From NCBI GenBank assembly GCA_020536535.1, contig JAHLWZ010000381.1, forward strand, positions 662-18,495: a stretch of 17,834 nt of DNA, written 5' to 3'. Both the position numbers and the translations under genes were made by a program. Within the stretch, counting starts at the first letter, position 1; each line of letters begins with the position of its first letter. Origin of the DNA: Pelomyxa schiedti. Taxonomy: Eukaryota; Protista; Evosea. The notes below the pieces were generated by a model. That model had not been told where the DNA came from. It was given only the letters and a program-made list of their open reading frames with translations, and did no database searches. This document shows positions 13,679 to 17,834 of the stretch, piece after piece.

Positions 13679-13874
13679 TGGTAATCGAGAGCAGGGAGTT
13701 TTCCACAACAGTGTCATCAAGTGAACTTACTGCTACACATGGCACATTGATTCACAAACTGGCAGCCAGAGAGCTTATTCGAGATTGGGGGGAAAATTCT
13801 CTCCACGAACAGGATACAGAGCACTTTGTACAAAAAAATAATATGGTTTCAGATGTTATTGCTCTAAGTAAAAA
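13679..13874 (+). CDS. PARP4: PARP4-like exon (…TTVSSSELTATHGTLIHKLAARELIRDWGENSLHEQDTEHFVQKNNMVSDVIALSKK). The acceptor is approximate.
   Basis: Aligns to PARP4 TTELQKTTGTMIHKLAARALIRDYEDGILHENE, recalled from memory. Donor GTATGG at 13875. Confidence 0.55.
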
Positions 13875-13928
13875 GTATGGATATCAAAATACAAAAATGG
13901 AGTTAGGATAGTAATATACTACAAAAAG

Positions 13929-14025
13929 GTATGGCTTCATCACTCCTTTTACTTCTTTTGTGGCAGTGGAAGAGAGAAACCGTAATGACGCCTTAGTTTT
14001 GAAAGCACCTTCAGTGAAAGAGATT
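13929..14025 (+). CDS. PARP4: PARP4-like exon (YGFITPFTSFVAVEERNRNDALVLKAPSVKEI)
   Basis: A 54-nt intron (13875-13928). FTSFVAVE matches PARP4 FTSFVAVEKRDE, recalled from memory. GTA at a codon boundary (14026) gives a phase-0 donor. Confidence 0.55.
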
Positions 14026-14068
14026 GTATCAGAGTCTAAATTTTTGTACTTCCTTTGACTGCCAACAG

Positions 14069-14251
14069 CTGCAAGGCCATGACGTCGATGAAATCAAAGA
14101 AATTGCTTGGGAGCATGACCTTGAACCAGTCCCAAAGAAGGACGAACTTCAGAAACAACGAGATTCAAATTCCTTTTCCATTGCTCTTTATGGTGACCCA
14201 CAGACTGGTATAAAAACTCACCCACACTTTTACCTCCTAAGACATCTCAAG
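14069..14251 (+). CDS. exon entering the Ran-like domain (LQGHDVDEIKEIAWEHDLEPVPKKDELQKQRDSNSFSIALYGDPQTGIKTHPHFYLLRHLK). There is no in-frame ATG, so it is probably a continuation of the PARP4-like ORF through a 43-nt intron (14026-14068).
   Basis: FSIALYGDPQTGIKT-HPHFYLLRHL aligns to Ran [21 protein letters not shown]. The P-loop carries a one-residue insertion that displaces the Lys. Donor GTAAAA at 14252. Confidence 0.65.
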
Positions 14252-14324
14252 GTAAAACAGCTTGGCTAAAACGCATGGTTTTTCCTTCAAATTTGCAACC
14301 CAATCCCCATTTATACAACTACAG

Positions 14325-14660
14325 CTGAGCGGGGAGTTTGAGCACAAATACATTGTAACCCAGGAGCCAGAGCAATTCAAACTGACTCTAAGTACAAATC
14401 GAGGTGCTATCCACTTTAATTTGTACGACATGCCTGGTGTAGCTACCAGCACAGCAACCCCTCCTACTGCCCATGATGGTAGTATAGTCTTCTTTGACGT
14501 TACTTCTCGCGCGTCATATAAAAATCTGCCCATCTGGTACATGAAGGCTGGAAGCACTTCCGGTTCACCTACAAGTCCAGTTGTTGTATTTGTTGGCAAT
14601 AAAGTGGACTGCTCAGAACGGAAACTTCATGCTCGACAAATTGTCTTTCATAAGAAAAAG
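14325..14660 (+). CDS. Ran-like GTPase domain core (LSGEFEHKYIVTQ…RGAIHFNLYDMPGVATSTATPPTAHDGSIVFFDVTSRASYKNLPIWY…VVVFVGNKVDCSERKLHARQIVFHKKK)
   Basis: Collinear with Ran [39 protein letters not shown]…[22 protein letters not shown]…[26 protein letters not shown]. The G4 motif NKVD is conserved. G3 DTAGQ is replaced by DMPGV. Confidence 0.75.
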
Positions 14661-14705
14661 GTATTGGCTCTCCTTTCTCAAGTGTCTTCCTGATTGCCAA
14701 TTTAG

Positions 14706-14728
14706 AATTGCAAGTACTATGACCTAAG
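14706..14728 (+). CDS. 23-nt micro-exon (NCKYYDL), matching Ran NLQYYDIS
   Basis: Flanked by 45-nt and 44-nt introns (donors GTATTG and GTACCT). Confidence 0.6.
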
Positions 14729-14772
14729 GTACCTCCTTTTATGATATCCACTCTTAAGTATTTACTCTTTAG

Positions 14773-14832
14773 TGTTAAATCTTCGTACAACCTGGAGTCA
14801 CCTCTACTAAGTCTTGCCCGGTCCCTTTTATG
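14773..14832 (+). CDS. Ran-like exon (SVKSSYNLESPLLSLARSLL + C), matching Ran [21 protein letters not shown]
   Basis: The G5 motif SAK is retained as SVK. A 40-nt intron (14833-14872) restores the frame into the next exon. Confidence 0.55.
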
Positions 14833-14872
14833 GTTGTGCACAATCCTTCTCCCTGAATTTAATTCTTCTCAG

Positions 14873-16297
14873 TGACCCACAATTGGAGTTTGTTCAAGAA
14901 GTGGCACTTGCTCCACCTGAAGTAACTTTGGATCAGGCATTAATAAAGAGGTGGGAACAGGATTTAGCTGATGCAGCATCAATCCCCCTTCCCGATGAGG
15001 ATGATGACTTTGGAGGCACTGTTCCATCCAGTGCTGTCGCTCCTCAGCATGCAGTGCCGTCCAGTACCTTTGATTTCGCTCTCCGACCAAGCAAAGAAAA
15101 AAGTGCACCAGGTCCAACAGGCTTTTTCAGTCAATCTGCTACAGTTCCATCTGTGCAAGCTTCTGTTACCCATTCAGTACCATCTCTTTTTAGCTCTCCA
15201 GTTGCACCTTCCTTTAATTTCGCTTCACAAGCCACTACCTCTCGAGGGTTATTTTCTCCCCAAGGACAAGTGACGTCAACTCAACCTTCTCCTCTATTTG
15301 GCGCACCTCTGCCCTCCTATACTCCACCGGCCCCGTCACCTTTTGGTAGTTCTTCATCATTGTTTTCTGGCAGTTCGTTTGGATCTCAACCACAACCTTC
15401 TACCGCTGCATTTGGCACTGCAAGCACTTCTTCACTTTTTGGCGGATCCCAACAGGTACCTGCCTCGAGTGGGGGCGCTGTGAGTGCGTTTGGAGCTCTA
15501 GCATCTCCTACTTCCGTTTTTCCACAGGCATCATTTGGCATGGCAAGCCCTGCAATGTCCACTACAATCCCTGCAGCCACTTGTTGTCTGCCGTCCATCT
15601 TTCCTGCAGCCAGTTCTACTACTTCCACTCTCTTTTCTGCACCACAAATATTTCCCTCGGCCGCATCTTCCACAGCACAGTTGTTCCCAGCGCCTCAATT
15701 GTCCTCTTTCCCAACATTCAGTCTACCGGCCACTCCTGCAGCCAGTTGTACGTCCACCTTCAGTCTACAGGCCTTTCCTGCAGCCAGTTCTACTACTTCC
15801 ACTCTCTTTTCTACACCACAAGTATTTTCCTCTGCACCAACTTCCGTAACGGCGTTGCCGCCGGCGCAGCAATTACCGTCTTCCGCCACTTTTGCTCCAC
15901 CCACTACTCCACAGCTCAGGTCTCCACATCCTGGGACTGGAACAATTTCATTTGCAGCTGCCAGAGCGCGAAGCAAGGCATTTCAAAATAGGAAACACTC
16001 TGAATCAGATATTAGTAATACAAGCAAGTCTTCAATTGACCCTCCCTTGCCTCCGTTCTGCTGCCGTGCTTGTTGCAGCCCCTCCACACTCAGTGATTCC
16101 CAATTGCAGTTTGTACTTAAGGGACCTAAGAATACGAAGAGGATCTGGGGTGTGTGCTGGATGGATGCCGTTCTTGCATTAGCATCAACCTTGTCACCTT
16201 TACGTGACTGGGCATGTTGTACTAGGAACGGAGAACCTCCTATTGGCTATGCTGGCAGCTTACTTGAGTGTATCACATCATTTTTCCGCTGTTGGAT
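14873..16297 (+). CDS. Ran C-terminal tail (DPQLEFVQEVALAPPEV…LADAASIPLPDEDDD) that continues, with no stop, into a roughly 470-aa FG/SLFG/AFG-repeat low-complexity region (nucleoporin-like). It ends at TAA 16299-16301, or splices at the GTAAGT donor at 16298.
   Basis: A 495-codon open frame. DPQLEFV..ALAPPEV…PDEDDD matches the Ran C-terminus DPNLEFVAMPALAPPEV…LPDEDDDL. Many xFG, SLFG and FGxxS repeats follow. Confidence 0.65.
15568..15915. repeat. in-frame tandem duplication of about 174 bp inside the FG-like region, with unit starts CCTGCAGCCA… at 15568, 15603, 15736 and 15777
   Basis: Read directly. TTTCCTGCAGCCAGTTCTACTACTTCCACTCTCTTTTCT recurs at 15597 and 15771. The protein repeats are FPAASSTTSTLFSAPQIF and FPAASSTTSTLFSTPQVF. 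Confidence 0.7.
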
Positions 16298-16338
16298 GTA
16301 AGTAATTCATCAACCTATCAATGTTTCAACCCCTTAAG

Positions 16339-16688
16339 ATCTGAGGACGTAGGAAGTGTAACTTACAATAAGTATCTGAATACGACACACAAACGCACAG
16401 CAAGCAAATTTTCCGATCTCGGATTCGCCGAAGGAAAGCCACAGTGCGTTGTCAAGGCACTCAATTGCTTGATTGAGGAAGCTTCACTATTTATTACAGA
16501 GGTAGGTAGAACATTCATGCTTTCCCTTACAAGCATGACTGTACAGGTACGAGACATTATTACTGTGCCCTCCACAAATCTTGGGGAGATCCTCACACGT
16601 AAATTGGAACAAATAATTCCGCAAATAATCACAATTTCAGAGTTTACTGTTGCAAGTGCACCTCCAAAGTGGATCATATGTATAAATA
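16339..16688 (+). CDS. tentative continuation exon after a 41-nt intron (ISEDVGSVTYNKYLNTTHKRTASKFSDLGFAEGKPQCVVKALNCLIEEASLFITE…WIICIN). The product is unknown, possibly the C-terminal globular domain of the PARP4-like protein.
   Basis: In-frame with the FG exon through GTAAGT 16298 and AG 16338. Open for 116 codons. Long ORFs on both strands overlap here. Confidence 0.3.
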
Positions 16689-16756
16689 GTACATGCAGGA
16701 AGATACCTCGTACCACTTTATACCAATACAAGCTAGGTCTAATTTGATTTTGATAG

Positions 16757-17310
16757 GGATACCAGACGATTGTGCCTATGTTTTGCATTCTTTCATTGTA
16801 TTTGAACCCATTGGGAAGTATTTTGACATGCCGGTGAATCACTTTGTTACCGTATCCCCCGACCAGAAGGGCTACTGGATATACGATGATCTGTTGTGCC
16901 TCACTCCTGGAGGTCTGTGCTCCCCGCACCATGCTTTCCACACAGTCGATTCTAATGCCGTAACAACAACAGAATGGCAAGGCGGATTCTGTTCGTGGGA
17001 CTCTCCGGACAGTACCCAAACATTCAAGAAACTCCGTTCCAAAGTTCCTGTGAGCACTCCTGATCCCAACCAACACCCTTCTCATGCCAACACATATAAT
17101 GACCAAACATTAGGTTTTCATTCTACGGCACCAAGATGTCCCTTGGCCACCAACAAGTACCTACCAGGCTCCTCGTTTGCGCTCCGAACAGTTCTCACAG
17201 TACTGAACTCCAACATTCTAAGCATAAAACAGAGAAGCATAAAGTTTCGTTTTTTTTTCATGTACACATTCCACACGGCCAAGACACAAAATCTGGTCCG
17301 TTCAGAATAA
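16757..17310 (+). CDS. tentative further exon (R IPDDCAYVLHSFIVFEPIGKYFDMPVNHFVTVSPDQKGYWIYDDLLCLTPGG…), with stop TAA at 17308-17310
   Basis: A possible 68-nt intron (16689-16756) joins the two + frames. AATAAA lies about 190 nt downstream at 17501. A 240-aa ORF lies on the opposite strand. Confidence 0.3.
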
Positions 17311-17500
17311 CCCGTCCCACAATTCTACCCCCGAAAGGGATGTTTATATTCGACGACGCCGAAAATAAGAAGATTAACTTATTTACAAGTGGACATCATT
17401 TGTGTCGCAAGACAGTTTATCTAAACTGTTTACACCCGCGAAGCGTGGTGCGGTCTCCTGCGAACATTCCTTTGCTTGGAGGCCGTTTTTTTGAAACTAA

Positions 17501-17506
17501 AATAAA
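17501..17506 (+). promoter_or_regulatory. AATAAA polyadenylation signal, consistent with a + strand transcript ending at about 17520-17540
   Basis: Read directly. Confidence 0.35.
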
Positions 17507-17696
17507 ATCGTTTCCATACAATCTATGTTTTCTGAGTATCGGGAGTCTTCCACGGGCCAAAGAATACACCTCCCTTTACCAAAAACCAAATAACAATACC
17601 GTCTATTAATCTCGATCGAAGGGGGCTTAGTGGGGCAGATCTGATACGGAAAAAACAATTTGATTTTGGTCTTTCGCATACCACTTCGTTTATAAA

Positions 17697-17834
17697 TGAA
17701 GGGCAAAAAGGGTAGCAGCGGCCACAGTGGAAAGACGACCAAGTCTACGTCGACTACGTCTACGTCCACAACCACGTCATCGTCGTCCACCACATCCAAG
17801 AGGAAGAGGCCGAGACACGACGCTCGCGAGGAGG
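17697..17834 (+). CDS. 5' end of a new ORF (MKGKKGSSGHSGKTTKSTSTTSTSTTTSSSSTTSKRKRPRHDAREE…) that runs off the window. It is S/T-rich with a basic NLS-like KRKRPR motif.
   Basis: ATG at 17697, open to the window end. TATAAA sits directly upstream at 17688-17693. The opposite-strand ORF (VDVDVV…) is its antisense shadow. Confidence 0.3.

Noticed and set aside
13911-14058. Treating the TAG at 13909-13911 or the TGA at 14056-14058 as the end of the PARP4-like gene
   Set aside because: Both stops lie inside segments that are removed by in-frame 54-nt and 43-nt introns whose flanking exons continue the PARP4 homology (…ALSKK|YGFITPFTSFVAVEE…). Termination at 14058 remains the alternative hypothesis noted in the first finding.
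14237-14841. Minus-strand ORFs of 120 and 90 aa
   Set aside because: They are antisense to the Ran-like exons, which have strong homology support on the + strand.
16363-17106. 247-codon minus-strand ORF, the longest simple ORF in the region
   Set aside because: - Its composition is antisense-like (R/V/C/I-rich).
- It has no TTTATT/AATAAA signal beyond its stop.
- The + strand frames connect in phase to the upstream FG exon.
- It is kept as an open ambiguity in the findings and is not called as a gene.
17497-17799. Minus-strand ORF MDVVDDDDVVVDVDVV…
   Set aside because: It is the reverse-complement shadow of the ACG/TCG-rich, Ser/Thr-coding start of the + strand ORF at 17697.
1-17834. Prokaryotic-type features: CRISPR arrays, operons, RBS, IS elements, tRNA or rRNA genes
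   Set aside because: - There are no direct-repeat/spacer arrays.
- There is no tRNA cloverleaf candidate (no GGTTCGAATCC-type T-arm).
- There is no rRNA-like segment.
- The gene structure is unambiguously spliceosomal and eukaryotic.
- No transposon termini or TSDs were recognised.

Overview
The window is eukaryotic nuclear DNA, not prokaryotic. It carries multi-exon genes whose spliceosomal introns are very short (mostly 36-76 nt, a few 105-136 nt), bounded by GT...AG with loose donor sequences. It also has polyadenylation signals, microsatellites and homopolymer tracts. All protein identifications rest on my reading of the six-frame translations and on family sequences recalled from memory; no database search was possible.

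Genes, in order:
(1) A + strand eIF2-alpha (EIF2S1/SUI2) gene at about 161-1653. It has nine or more exons, a (GTTTTG)n microsatellite in intron 1, and an apparent 40-60 aa N-terminal extension. Its 3' end is unresolved.
(2) A - strand 96-aa hydrophilic protein at 1947-2237 with LGG/KGG-type repeats, similar to Con-6/KGG stress proteins. It is convergent with eIF2-alpha and divergent from gene 3.
(3) A roughly 5.7 kb + strand gene at 3174-8904 with more than 20 exons and two downstream AATAAA signals. It encodes an NPHP3-like STAND protein with an unusual architecture: N-terminal BRCT, an IPT/TIG-like beta domain, a coiled-coil segment, DUF4062, a NACHT NTPase (Walker A GGGGSGKS, Walker B IVVIDGLNKLDE), a long kinesin-light-chain-type TPR array, a polyproline tract and a verprolin-type WH2-like motif.
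(4) A + strand PARP4 (vault PARP)-like gene starting at 9133, with BRCT, a PARP catalytic domain, and VIT and VWA (MIDAS DxSxS) domains. It appears to continue, through in-frame 43-73 nt introns and with no intervening start codon, into a degenerate Ran-GTPase-like domain at 14069-14832. That domain runs straight from the Ran acidic tail (PDEDDD) into a roughly 470-aa FG/SLFG nucleoporin-like low-complexity region ending at 16297, and possibly into further exons at 16339-17310.
(5) The start of an S/T-rich, KRKRPR-containing ORF at 17697, running off the window.

The most unusual content is the Ran-like pseudo-GTPase fused to FG repeats inside a PARP4-like gene, the BRCT-bearing NACHT-TPR gene next to it, and the paralogous BRCT first-exon pair that the two genes share.
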